Shown piece after piece: positions 17,001 to 26,200 of a DNA stretch of 57,893 nucleotides (its first letter is position 1; every line of letters starts with the position of its first letter). The stretch spans positions 1 to 57,893 of the forward strand of contig JAQBYT010000023.1 in assembly GCA_027622665.1 (NCBI GenBank), written 5' to 3'. The notes under the pieces are model-generated. The model did no database searches, was not told the origin of the DNA, and saw only the letters and a list, made by a program, of their open reading frames with translations. Made by a program: the position numbers and the translations under genes. The stretch comes from Verrucomicrobiota bacterium (GTDB lineage Bacteria > Verrucomicrobiota > Verrucomicrobiia > Opitutales > Seribacteraceae).

Positions 17001-18285
17001 GCGCGACGACGCGACCAAGGTTCTTGCGGACACCAAGAAGGTCTTTGGCGAGGCCCAAAAACTTCGAGACGATTCAAAAAAGGCGAAAACCGACTCGGAC
17101 GCCGACGCAAAGACAAAGGAAGCTGCCTTGACGAAGGCTGAAAAGGAATATCTTGATATTGAAAATCCACGAGCGCAGTTCGAACGCGAATTGAAGCGTG
17201 CCGGCCAAGACCTCGTAAAGGCAGAGGCCAAGGAAAAGGAATACCAAGGTTTCAAGACCTCTGCCGAAAATGACGAGAAACGAGAAACCGATGAAAACAA
17301 AGCTTCCAAGGAGACTCTCGCTGTTGCCGCCAAAACTCTTTTGCGGACCATAGGCTTTTCTCCTGATGGTGCGGTTCTCTATGCTGCGGGTGACGGTAAA
17401 TATGCTCAAGTGTGGAATGCGGGTGACGGTCAACCGCTTGAGTCGATCGAATTAAGCGAGGCCGGAGTGGACTTTCTTGCTTTTACTGAAGACGGCAGCC
17501 TCTGTGTCGCCAAGGGAGATACTTCCGCCTTGTGGGATGTTTTCGGAAAATGGGAATTGAGCAAGGTTCTCGGCGGAGAAGAGGCAGCCTCTCCAATTGT
17601 GAATCGCGTAACTTCCCTCGATTTCAGTCCGGATGGTAAACACCTCGCCAGTGGTGGTGGTGATCCGAGCCGAACCGGAGAAATACTCGTCTGGAATCTC
17701 GAAGACGGTAAATTGATCCATAATCTTCCCGGGGTTCACAGCGATACCGTTTATGCCATCGAGTTTTCCCGCGACGGTAAGCGTTTGGCATCGGGTGCTG
17801 CCGACAAGTTTGCCCGTGTCACGGAAATCAAGACCGGGGCGCTTGTCCATTCTTTCGAAGGTCATACCCACCATGTCATGGGAGTAAGTCTTCAGGCTAA
17901 CGGTCGGGTTCTCGCAAGTGTCGGGGCGGACAAGGAGATCAAGGTCTGGAATGTTGTGAACGGTGACCGAGCCGGCAAGGGTGGCGGCTATACCAAGGAG
18001 ATAACTTCCATTCGTTTTGTAGGCTATGGCGACAACGCTCTCATCACCACTGCCGACAAGAAGGCCAAGGTCATTCGCGTGCCACTGGGGAATCCGGGGA
18101 ATGTTCGTGATCTTTCCGGGGTTGTCGACGTAATGCATGCCGGGGACGTCTCACGTAATGGAAAGGTTGCTGTGGCAGGAGGCGAGGATGGCGTTTTCCG
18201 CGTATGGAACATTGCGGACGGCAAAGCTTTGCAGACCTTTGAGTCTCCCGCGAAGGAAGACCCTGACGGCCTTACTGCGAATTGA
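14092..18285 (+). CDS. planctomycete cytochrome c plus WD40-repeat protein with a long coiled-coil insertion
   Basis: VDFQSEILPILRSNCLACH (heme motif), MPP, LWIEQGA; multiple WD40 repeats (GHT..V, LAFSPxG, VRVWN); A/T/K-rich insert at about 15470-17330. Confidence 0.92.
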   Translation: MKTFTIVASSILLCGNVFGAGLEVKELKRDKPVDFQSEILPILRSNCLACHNRTRSKGDVILETPADIRKGNDDGSFVEPGKAKDSFLFTIAAHLDDPVMPPSKNKVGAKNMKPDELGLLKLWIEQGAKGEMRAAAPVVWQSYQRETPPIYAVAAGPHGRFAAAGRGNQIHLYDATVGKMLANLTDPSLAKHGFYGANDAAHLDVVNALAFHPNGRLLASGGFRVVKLWQRSAPAKKKEFVVKALDGVRAVSSDGKWLAVAEENNQTGLWDLSQGKRVRGLEKLQPPVKGLAFSPNSARLVSGAIDGSVRVWNVADGKLVAETVHEQGAGSVAILGEEGKWFASAHADKIIRVWELPAEQGGEVKMLKELKGHTGDVTILVAMPNDPKQLVSGAKDNTARIWSAEGGTAIRSISVGVPVLSLAVSSDGQRIATSDGSNVVRLWNATNGQKVVDLQGNTRLSRDTSREDGELAFSKAEVKYFTDELKKRGDEKKTVIDRRTKGEKDLKTAQEKPIAEKKVASDKARTERDAADKKVEETTKKAEETQKAFEAKETASKEADAKSKDATAKATAPEAAEKKAVEDVAVKKTAAAAAQKALDTFIATMQKPATTAATTAATGLTKATTDKAAADKALVTAKTVLTKATTDSQAADKVSAAVAAAAATAKTKATTAATALANATKDTTTKKTTVATAKKALDTLVPTEQKPAMTAATTAATALSTATTDKTAADKALATAKTTLTKATTDYNNAEAVAKTAEAKAKAIALETQKPQAEKDKATADAVAKRKLATTAKTVLTTATTVHIAATAKATAAGTVFTTATTNKANADKALVGINQMVTTAMATLKAAETALTAAEAVTKTAVTADAKAKTDLAAADKLAGEKRALATTAKTVLTTATTAQTTATTMATVTGTAFTTATTNKANADKALVTAEAGVKKARETLAASQVALTESEKKAVAEKVIADKARKVRDDATKVLADTKKVFGEAQKLRDDSKKAKTDSDADAKTKEAALTKAEKEYLDIENPRAQFERELKRAGQDLVKAEAKEKEYQGFKTSAENDEKRETDENKASKETLAVAAKTLLRTIGFSPDGAVLYAAGDGKYAQVWNAGDGQPLESIELSEAGVDFLAFTEDGSLCVAKGDTSALWDVFGKWELSKVLGGEEAASPIVNRVTSLDFSPDGKHLASGGGDPSRTGEILVWNLEDGKLIHNLPGVHSDTVYAIEFSRDGKRLASGAADKFARVTEIKTGALVHSFEGHTHHVMGVSLQANGRVLASVGADKEIKVWNVVNGDRAGKGGGYTKEITSIRFVGYGDNALITTADKKAKVIRVPLGNPGNVRDLSGVVDVMHAGDVSRNGKVAVAGGEDGVFRVWNIADGKALQTFESPAKEDPDGLTAN
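16075..16731 (+). repeat. coiled-coil coding segment homologous to 11809-12465
   Basis: See 11809-12465; also has internal duplications with 297-nt and 294-nt offsets. Confidence 0.9.
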
Positions 18286-18350
18286 TGGTGGTAGTCGATC
18301 TTTCCCGAACTGATTCTGCGAGGTCTTTCGCGAAACTGGAAATTCCGAAG

Positions 18351-19907
18351 CTATTCTTCCTTAAGCGTAGAAAGCATTTCCGCATCTAAGTACTTCTTTA
18401 CCGTTCGGCGATCCATGCCGAGTCGACGAGCTACTTCCTCGTACTTCCCAGTCTTTGCGTAGACAAGGGTGACGTAGCGACTTTGTAGTTCCTCGAGGGG
18501 TATGGAACCCTCAGTGAAGTCGTTCGCAAGCAGTTCTGCCTGTGAATGGGGAATAGATAACTCTTCCGGATGGTATTCACGATGAATGAGGATGTTGCGG
18601 ACGCATTGCTGGAGTTCTCGGAAATTGCCTGGCCAAGGGTAGTCCGAACCGAGTTTGCGATTTATCCAATTGCAGGTTTCATCAGCCAGTGGAGAAGCTT
18701 CGTCAAGACCGGCTACTCGTCCGGCTACGAATTCGACGAGGTGCTCGAGCTCGCCTGGCGAATCTCTCAGTATCTCTTCTAGTGAGGGAGTGCTGATTCG
18801 GTTAGCGCATAAACGATAGTAAAAATCCTCCCGGAATCGTCCCGCCTTCATTTCCTCTGCAAGGTCTCTGTTTGTGGCAGCGATCACCTTGCCTTCGAAT
18901 CGGGTGGGTTGAACTTCCCCGAGTCGCTGGAAACGGCGGGTCTGAAGTACGCGGAGAAGTTTTACCTGAGCCTCCGGTTTTGTCTCGGTAATTTCGTCGA
19001 GGAAGACGGAACCATGCATTCCACAGGTTTCAAAGTAGCCTTTCCTGTTTTGGAGCGCTCCGGTAAAGGCTCCCTTGGCATGCCCGAACAATTCTGACTC
19101 GAGAAGAGTTTCGGAGAGAGCGGACAAGTTGATGGGATGGAAGTCGGCAAGGAAGTCCGACGCGAACCTGCCCGTTTTTTCATCATAGGGAATGAAGCGC
19201 GAAAGGCCGATGGCGCGAGCCACCAGTTCCTTACCTGTGCCGGATGGTCCGCTGATGAGCGTGGTAATGTCTCCAAGACGACCACAAAGAGAACGTAGGT
19301 AGCGAAGCATGTCGTGTGTGAAAATAGACTCCCAGACTCGAGCACGTAGGGCTTCGAGTGCGGGAGAGTTTCCGACTATGGCATTGAAAATATGGAAAAA
19401 CGCGCGCCTGACCTGAAAAAACAGGGCGAAAAGGTGGGGTGCGGAAAATCCCACGGGAGTTAGATTTTCTTTTTCGGGAAAGAACCAGGAGAAACGTTTG
19501 GCGAAGGTGCGGAAAAAGGCCCCGTGGTTTTCACTTTCTGTTTCGCGTTCGTGAGCCAGTTCGATTTTTTTGATGAAGTAATCCCGCACTTCGTCGAAAA
19601 GGGCAAGGAAGGCGAGATCGCGATAGAGGGTGAAGTCCTTAGCCGGGAGTTTTCCCTTACCCTTGCGTTGGAGGATGGTTTCACGAGCCTTGTCGGCTAG
19701 TTTTCCCGCCGCTCCTAGTTTCACTAGATTCGGACTGAATAAACGCCGGCTATGTTCTCCGATGTTTGGCGAACTCGGGTCCTCGTAATCGTGACCCAAG
19801 ATTGCTCTCTCCAACTCTTGTCGCTTGGGAGTAAAGGGATTACAGGCAAGCAAGCTAGAGAGGTTCTCGGCCGAACGACGTTCGTCTGAGGAGAATAGTG
19901 GTGTCAT
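18351..19907 (-). CDS. sigma-54-dependent enhancer-binding protein with an unrecognised N-terminal domain
   Basis: Walker A GPSGTGKE, ESELFGH.KGAFTGA, FLDEI, FREDFYYRL, WPGNFREL; C-terminal Fis-like HTH (VARRLGMDRRTV). Confidence 0.93.
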   Translation of the reverse strand: MTPLFSSDERRSAENLSSLLACNPFTPKRQELERAILGHDYEDPSSPNIGEHSRRLFSPNLVKLGAAGKLADKARETILQRKGKGKLPAKDFTLYRDLAFLALFDEVRDYFIKKIELAHERETESENHGAFFRTFAKRFSWFFPEKENLTPVGFSAPHLFALFFQVRRAFFHIFNAIVGNSPALEALRARVWESIFTHDMLRYLRSLCGRLGDITTLISGPSGTGKELVARAIGLSRFIPYDEKTGRFASDFLADFHPINLSALSETLLESELFGHAKGAFTGALQNRKGYFETCGMHGSVFLDEITETKPEAQVKLLRVLQTRRFQRLGEVQPTRFEGKVIAATNRDLAEEMKAGRFREDFYYRLCANRISTPSLEEILRDSPGELEHLVEFVAGRVAGLDEASPLADETCNWINRKLGSDYPWPGNFRELQQCVRNILIHREYHPEELSIPHSQAELLANDFTEGSIPLEELQSRYVTLVYAKTGKYEEVARRLGMDRRTVKKYLDAEMLSTLKEE

Positions 19908-19951
19908 GGCACCTACTCAAAGAGCAAATAGATGGTTGGGCAAGAGAAACA

Positions 19952-19983
19952 TACGTAATATGCTGTGCTTTGTACGTTAAATG
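19952..19983. promoter_or_regulatory. candidate tandem upstream activator sites
   Basis: TACGTAATATG (19952) and TACGTTAAATG (19973), 21 nt apart, in an AT-rich divergent intergenic region. Confidence 0.4.
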
Positions 19984-20108
19984 TATTTTTATTCGATAAG
20001 TATATTTCTAAAACTAAGTGGTTCGAGTCATCGTATAAAAGTTATAAGTATCTTTACTGAAGCAGTTTGAGAACTGCAATGCCCTGTTTGTAGGTATCCT
20101 TCTGAACT

Positions 20109-20123
20109 TGGCGCGAAATCAGC
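20109..20123 (+). promoter_or_regulatory. sigma-54 (-24/-12) promoter
   Basis: TGGCGC-GAAAT-CAGC gives GG(20110-20111)-N10-GC(20122-20123), next to a divergent enhancer-binding protein gene. Confidence 0.65.
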
Positions 20124-20135
20124 GAATAGAGAGGC

Positions 20136-22025
20136 ATGAAAGTGAAACCTATTACAGACCGAGAAGCCCACATATTCCAATCACGTGGCTCACGCCGGCA
20201 CAGGTTTGATTTCAATCCGAGTAAGGAAGAGCCTTTGAACCTAAATGAATTCAGCGGCCGATTGTTTGGCGGGAAGATGTCGAGCCGCTTTTCGGGATTG
20301 GCGTCTTCCTTTTTACGTTTTTCGCATTTGAACGACGTTTATCATCAATCGGATTCAAAGAATCGGGAAGGTGAGGTGGGGGGGCGTATTTTCGAGACCA
20401 CCTTGGAAACCTTGGGTTCACGACTGGAAGTGTCCGACAAAGACTTGGATCGAATCCCCGAGAAGGGTCCCTTGTTGGTGGTGGCGAACCATCCCCTCGG
20501 TGGTTTGGACGGTTTGGCCCTGATGAGCTTGATCCTCAAGCGTCGGCCAGACTGCAAACTGTTGGCCAACTCCATTTTGGCACGCTTCGATGCCTTTCGT
20601 CCCTTTCTCATTGCAGTGGATGTTCTGGGCGAAGAAAACGCATCCGCCAAAAATGCTTCTGCCTTGAAGGGGGCAGTTCACTGGATGATGGACGGTGGTT
20701 GCCTAGTGGCTTTCCCCGCGGGTCAGGTTTCCAATTGGAGATGGCGGGCTCGTTGCGTGTCTGATCGAGCATGGAATCCGGCGGTTGCGGCTATCGCGAA
20801 AAAGACCAATGCCTCAGTGGTCCCGGTTTTTTTCGAAGGTCGTAACAGTGTTTGGTTTCAAGGGGCAGGGTGCCTGCATCCTCGCTTGCGTACTTTGTTA
20901 CTTGGAAGGGAGTTGTGGAACCGTCGCAGGACTGTGATTCGGGCCCGAGTGGGCGAGTCTCTCGCTCCCTCCTGTTTGCAAAATTTCTCCGGAGCTGATG
21001 AATTGAACGACTATCTTCGGCTCAGAGTGGAGGCTTTGCGTGGCACGGCAAATCAACCTAAGCGGCGGATAGAGAAGAAAACTCTCGAGCCTCTCGCGAA
21101 GAATCCATTTCGCGAGGACGTGGAGCGAGAGGTTCGGAACCTGCCGGAAGAGGCGGAACTGACTCGCAAGGGAGATTTTGTAGTCTATTCGACCCAAGCT
21201 ACAAACATACCGAACATCATGCGCGAGATCGGTATCCTGCGTGAGTTGACTTTCCGGGACATAGGGGAGGGGACGGGCAAGAACATCGATATGGATTCCT
21301 TCGACGAGTACTACCACCAGCTTTTTGCCTGGGACGAGAACGCTCGGAAAATTGTCGGAGGTTACCGCTTGGCGGTGACCGACGAGGTGCTTCGGGAAAA
21401 AGGCAGGCAAGGGCTTTACGTAAGTAGTCTGTTCTCACTGAGAAAGAGCTTTTATAAGGCCATGGGACCTGCGGTGGAATTGGGACGTTCTTTCATTCGC
21501 CCCGAATACCAACGCAAGTTATCGTTGCTTGGTTTGCTTTGGCGGGGAATCGGCGAATTCCTAAACCGTCGACCGGGTTGTTGCGTGCTCTATGGCCCCG
21601 TCAGTATATCGGCGGCTTACGCACCAATTTCTCGCAATCTCATGGCGCGTTTCCTTCGCCGCAAGGAATGGTCTCCGAATATGGCGAGACGAGCTCGGGC
21701 GAAACATCCTTTTCGGGGTTCGCATTTGCCGTTGGCCTTGAAGCGCTGGTTGCGTGATGAGGGACGAAGCATTGAGGAGATTTCCGCCATCGTTTCCAGT
21801 GTGGAGCAGGATGGCAAGGGAGTACCGGTGTTAGTGAAGCATTACCTTAAATTAAACGGCTCCTTCGTGAGCTTTGGTGTGGATCCGGACTTTGCCAATG
21901 CCCTCGACGGACTCATTGTGGTGGACATGCGGGACATGACCGATGCTCACCTTCGGCGCTACTTTGGCGAGGAAGGGATGAAACGCATGACCCGAGCTCG
22001 CGAAGAAAGACAAAAGAACTACTAA
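20136..22025 (+). CDS. OlsF-like bifunctional acyltransferase (PlsC-type domain plus OlsB-like GNAT domain); putative ornithine/amino-lipid synthase
   Basis: VANHPLGGLDG and FPAGQVS (acyltransferase); EIGILRELTFR..GEGTG..D.DSFD.YY..L, IVGGYRL, ELGRSF, LW.GIG, YLKLNG, F.VDPDF (OlsB/hemolysin-like). True start may lie downstream. Confidence 0.8.
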   Translation: MKVKPITDREAHIFQSRGSRRHRFDFNPSKEEPLNLNEFSGRLFGGKMSSRFSGLASSFLRFSHLNDVYHQSDSKNREGEVGGRIFETTLETLGSRLEVSDKDLDRIPEKGPLLVVANHPLGGLDGLALMSLILKRRPDCKLLANSILARFDAFRPFLIAVDVLGEENASAKNASALKGAVHWMMDGGCLVAFPAGQVSNWRWRARCVSDRAWNPAVAAIAKKTNASVVPVFFEGRNSVWFQGAGCLHPRLRTLLLGRELWNRRRTVIRARVGESLAPSCLQNFSGADELNDYLRLRVEALRGTANQPKRRIEKKTLEPLAKNPFREDVEREVRNLPEEAELTRKGDFVVYSTQATNIPNIMREIGILRELTFRDIGEGTGKNIDMDSFDEYYHQLFAWDENARKIVGGYRLAVTDEVLREKGRQGLYVSSLFSLRKSFYKAMGPAVELGRSFIRPEYQRKLSLLGLLWRGIGEFLNRRPGCCVLYGPVSISAAYAPISRNLMARFLRRKEWSPNMARRARAKHPFRGSHLPLALKRWLRDEGRSIEEISAIVSSVEQDGKGVPVLVKHYLKLNGSFVSFGVDPDFANALDGLIVVDMRDMTDAHLRRYFGEEGMKRMTRAREERQKNY

Positions 22026-22051
22026 AAATAACAGCAATAAAGGAACTAGAC

Positions 22052-22804
22052 ATGAAGAAATCAAAAATATCTGTAACCATACTGCTTTCGTTGGCGATTA
22101 TCCTGACCTTTGGCGGTTGCCGGTCGCGATCGATTTCGAGCATAAGCGGCTATTCCGACAACGATGGCTACCGAGGAGAGTTAAACGAACTTTCGGTGCT
22201 TGGGGTGCGGATCGATGAGAATGTTACGGATTCGGATATTTCAGCCGTTCTTGCTGCCAGAGAAGGACAGCCTGTGGTATTGAAGCGTGGAGATGTTCTC
22301 GCCGTCATTCAATCGGGAGCCCGTTTCCCGGACAAAGAGATGTCGGATCCGCTCGAAACTCTTTCAAAAGTCGTGCCTTTGTCGGGTGTTCCTCCCAAAG
22401 AACAAAATTCACATGGACGGGAACGAAAGAAAGAAGACCCTATCCGCATCGACCGTTCCCTACGTATGGCGGCAGCCAAGGGAGGTGCCCACAAGTTGCT
22501 TGTGTACTGGGGAATCATCGAGTCTGCGGCTGAACCCGAACAAGCGGCCAAGCAACTTTCTTGGGTTCCGTTGCTGGGGCGGGTCATTCCTGATGAGACT
22601 CAGCATGTCCAAATTCGAGTTAAGGCAGCTTTGATAGATGTGGCGACCGGGAACTGGACGATGATTCGCACGGAACCGATGCAGGATAAGCGGATGAGTT
22701 CGCGCCTCACTCGGGAGAGTACCGACCTGAAGCAGATAATTTCTCTCAAGGAAAAAGCCTACGCGCAATTCGCTGAAGATCTGAAAGCCCGATTCCTCTT
22801 GTGA
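22052..22804 (+). CDS. lipoprotein of unknown function
   Basis: AAGGAA SD; signal peptide with TFGG-C lipobox; motifs IQSGA.FPD, LVYWG, ALIDV.TG. Confidence 0.75.
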   Translation: MKKSKISVTILLSLAIILTFGGCRSRSISSISGYSDNDGYRGELNELSVLGVRIDENVTDSDISAVLAAREGQPVVLKRGDVLAVIQSGARFPDKEMSDPLETLSKVVPLSGVPPKEQNSHGRERKKEDPIRIDRSLRMAAAKGGAHKLLVYWGIIESAAEPEQAAKQLSWVPLLGRVIPDETQHVQIRVKAALIDVATGNWTMIRTEPMQDKRMSSRLTRESTDLKQIISLKEKAYAQFAEDLKARFLL

Positions 22805-22829
22805 TTTCACAAGGAGATCATCGATCACC

Positions 22830-23105
22830 TTAACTATCCAAGTGGCCAAGATGGCGTTCAGGCGAGATCTTGTCCCGGACGAGTTGCTTGAGGGTTTTTA
22901 CGTCCGGAAAGCCATTGTCTCTCTTTCGGCACCAAATTAGCTCGCCGTCTAGTTCGACTCTAAATGTTCCGGATATTTCGCGCTCGGGTGCGAGAGCGAC
23001 ATCCTCGAGTTCCTCGGAAAAGGTGTAAAGGAGCTCTTGCGCCATCCAGCATGCTCTTGGCAACCAGTGGCAACCCGGGCAGTATCTTATGATGATTTTT
23101 GGCAA
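22830..23105 (-). CDS. SelT/SelW/SelH (Rdx) family thioredoxin-like protein
   Basis: YCPGCHWL.RA.WMAQELL.TF, G.F.V, GFPD.K.LKQ.VRD.I.P...LGH; TTG start. Confidence 0.9.
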   Translation of the reverse strand: MPKIIIRYCPGCHWLPRACWMAQELLYTFSEELEDVALAPEREISGTFRVELDGELIWCRKRDNGFPDVKTLKQLVRDKISPERHLGHLDS

Positions 23106-23253
23106 AACCGGCTAAAAATTTAAAAATAATGTAATCATGGAAGCTTTTGACTGAGTATATTTATGAAATGCCAGTAATGCCTTCACAGTAATTTTGATCT
23201 TTTTCCGACATTGAAAGTTTGCACAACTCTGATGTGAGATACATATTTTTCCC

Positions 23254-26200
23254 ATGTTCGTTAAAAACGCAAATGCGTTCGTCGGCTTTGCCGTTTCCCT
23301 TTTGGCCGCTTTCTCAACTTTTGGAAAGGAGGTTTTTCCTGCTTCGGATCTAGTTTTCTTCGAGTCCAAGGTGCGTCCGTTGTTAATTGAGCGCTGCTAC
23401 AAGTGCCACTCCCACAAGGCGAAAAAGCTCAAGGGTGATCTTTACCTAGATAGTCGCAAGGGAACTCTGCATGGTGGGGAGACGGGACCCGCGGTCAAAC
23501 CCGGTGACCTGTCAGGCAGTTTGCTCATCGAGGCTATCCGCTACCGCGACCCCGATTTGCAGATGCCCCCGAAAACCAAGTTGTCGGCCTCTGAGATCGA
23601 AACTCTGGAGCGATGGGTGTCAATGGGCGCCCCTTGGCCCGACGAACCGGAACCTACTGGTGGCAAGGTCGAGAAGGAGTTCGACCTTGCCGGGCGTAAG
23701 GCATCGCACTGGTCATGGAAGCCCGTTGTCGAGCCGGCCTTGCCCCAAGTTAAGGATGGGACTTGGGGTAAACTGCCCATCGACCGATTCATTCTTTCTC
23801 GCTTGGAAAATAGTGGTCTAACACCTGCCGGACCAGCGGACCGTCGCACTCTGATCAGGCGAGCGACATTCGACTTGCGTGGTATGCCTCCCACTCCCGA
23901 AGAGGTGAATGCCTTTGTGGAGGATGATTCGGAAAATGCCTTTGAACAGGTTGTCGATCGCTTGCTCGATTCTTCCGAGTTCGGCGAAAAGTGGGCTCGC
24001 CACTGGATGGATTTATTTCGATACGCCGAAAGCCGTGGCCATGAATTCGATGCTAACGCCGCCAATGCCTTTCGCTACCGCGACTACTTGATTCGGGCCT
24101 TGAATGCGGATGTGCCTTACGACCAGTTCGTGACCGAACACGTGGCGGGCGATCTTCTCGAAAAACCTCGCTTGCATCCGGAAACCGGCGCGAACGAATC
24201 CATTTTGGCGACAGGCTTTTGGTTTCTTGGCGAATGGATTCATTCACCCGTGGATACCCGGCAAGACGAGGCCGATCGCTTCGACAACATGATCGGCGTA
24301 TTTTCAAAGAGTTTTCTCGGTTTGACCGTTGCTTGCGCTCGTTGCCACGACCACAAGTTCGATGCCATCTCAACCAAGGATTTTTATGCGATTCAAGGAT
24401 ATTTGCAGAGCTCGGGTTACCGACAGGCTCGATACGAAACCATGGATCACAATGGTCGGATAGCCCGAGAACTGGACCAGCTCGAACGCTCGTCGGAATT
24501 AGGCAAGAAGCTGGGCGCATCATTGGGCGGAGGTTCCACAGACTTGGCCCAGTACATTTTGGCGGCAGGGAGGATTCTTCGTGGAGACGTCGATTCCGAG
24601 AAGGATGTGCTTGTTAAAAGCGATCCCGCATCGACCGATCCCATCGTCTTTGCCGACTTTGAGGACGGAACCTATGGAAAGTGGCTATCTTCGGGCACAG
24701 CCTTTGGGAAAGGCCCGGTTACCTTGGAGACCAAGGCCTCTTACCAAGGGGATATTCGTCATCGTGGAAAGTTCTTTGTGAATTCACACAATGTTCGCCT
24801 TTCGGGCAAGACCCCGTCCTCAGGTTTGGCCGACGACCAACTAGGGTCTTTGACCAGTCCGCGTTTCCGTATCGAGAGAGATTTCATTACCTTCCTTGTC
24901 GGAGGTGGCGCTTACCAGAAGGAAACCTGCGTGAATTTACTCGTGGACGGCAAGGTAGTTCTTTCGGCAACCGGGCGAAGCAACAACACCATGCTTGAAA
25001 ATAGTTGGGACGTGCGTCGCTGGAGAGGGGCGGAGGCTCGTGTTCAAGTGGTTGACCAACGAAAGGGCGGTTGGGGTAACATCGGTTTGGATCACATTGT
25101 CTTTACCAATGAAAAAATGGCCGGAACGACGAAGCTAGTCGCGAACGTTGGATTTGACGATGCGTCGGTGGCTTTCGTCGCCAAGACCGAAAAGCTGAAC
25201 CGGAACAAATTGCTCGCATGGTCGAAAGCCTTTGCTCAAGCCAAGTCGAACCGAGCCGACCCCTTGGCTCCTTTGGCTTCGGTTTTCGCTAACGAAAAGC
25301 CTAATTGGAATCCGTTGAGATCTGCAAACGCCAATCTTGAATCTCGTCGAAGCAAGTTCCTCGAGTCTTTTGGAAAGTTGGAGCTTGCCGTCGATTATGG
25401 AAATTTAGCTCACGGATTGTTCATGCAGGACGGAGTAACTTTTGGCCAAAGGGTCAAGCTGCCCGGTGATTTGCTGCTGGACGGGGAGGGTGGTATTGCC
25501 GGGATCGCTCGTTGGGGAATGGCCCGCCGAGAATCCGTCTGGCGTGGACTTCGTATCGTAGACTCGGCCAAGGATGCTGGTAGTCTTGGCTTTACTCGAG
25601 CCGGAATCACACTCCGTTCGCCGACCTTTACTAATACTCACGGGGACGCTCATTACCTCGTTCGAGGCAAGGGCAAGGCCGTTGCCGTGGTAGACTCTCA
25701 TCGCCTCATTCAAGGTCCATTGCATGGTAATATGGCGATCGACGTTGGGCGGCCTGGTGAATTGACATGGGTTACGCAGGATTTGGACAAGCGAGGGCAA
25801 ACATACCTCGGGCATCGTTTGCACGTCGAGTTCACTCCAACCGATGCCAATGACTTCGAGGTTTTGATGATCGATCTCTCCAATGATTCCGGTGCTCGTG
25901 GAGAGGTTTTGAATTTCTTGAAAAATCCACCGAATGCCTTGGTACTGGGAGCGGATGGTTTTGGGGAAGCTCCCTCTCGTGAACAGTTGGCCGCTTTGCT
26001 TTCAAATAACCTAAAGAGCGTTGCCGGCAAGCTAGGTAATCCTTTCGGTAATAAACCGGCAGATTTTGAGCAGGCTTATTTGGCTGACTGGCTGGTTCGA
26101 AACAAGGGGCTGACGGGATTGGATGGGGCGAAGAACGTCAGTGATGAATTCCTTTCCGGTCACAAGGAACTTGTTTCCCGAATAAAACGGGATTCCCGTA

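Noticed and set aside
11673..17351. Long antisense Ala/Val-rich ORFs (11673-12608, 15199-16038, 16596-17351)
   Set aside because: Shadow frames of the A/T/K-rich coiled-coil coding strand.
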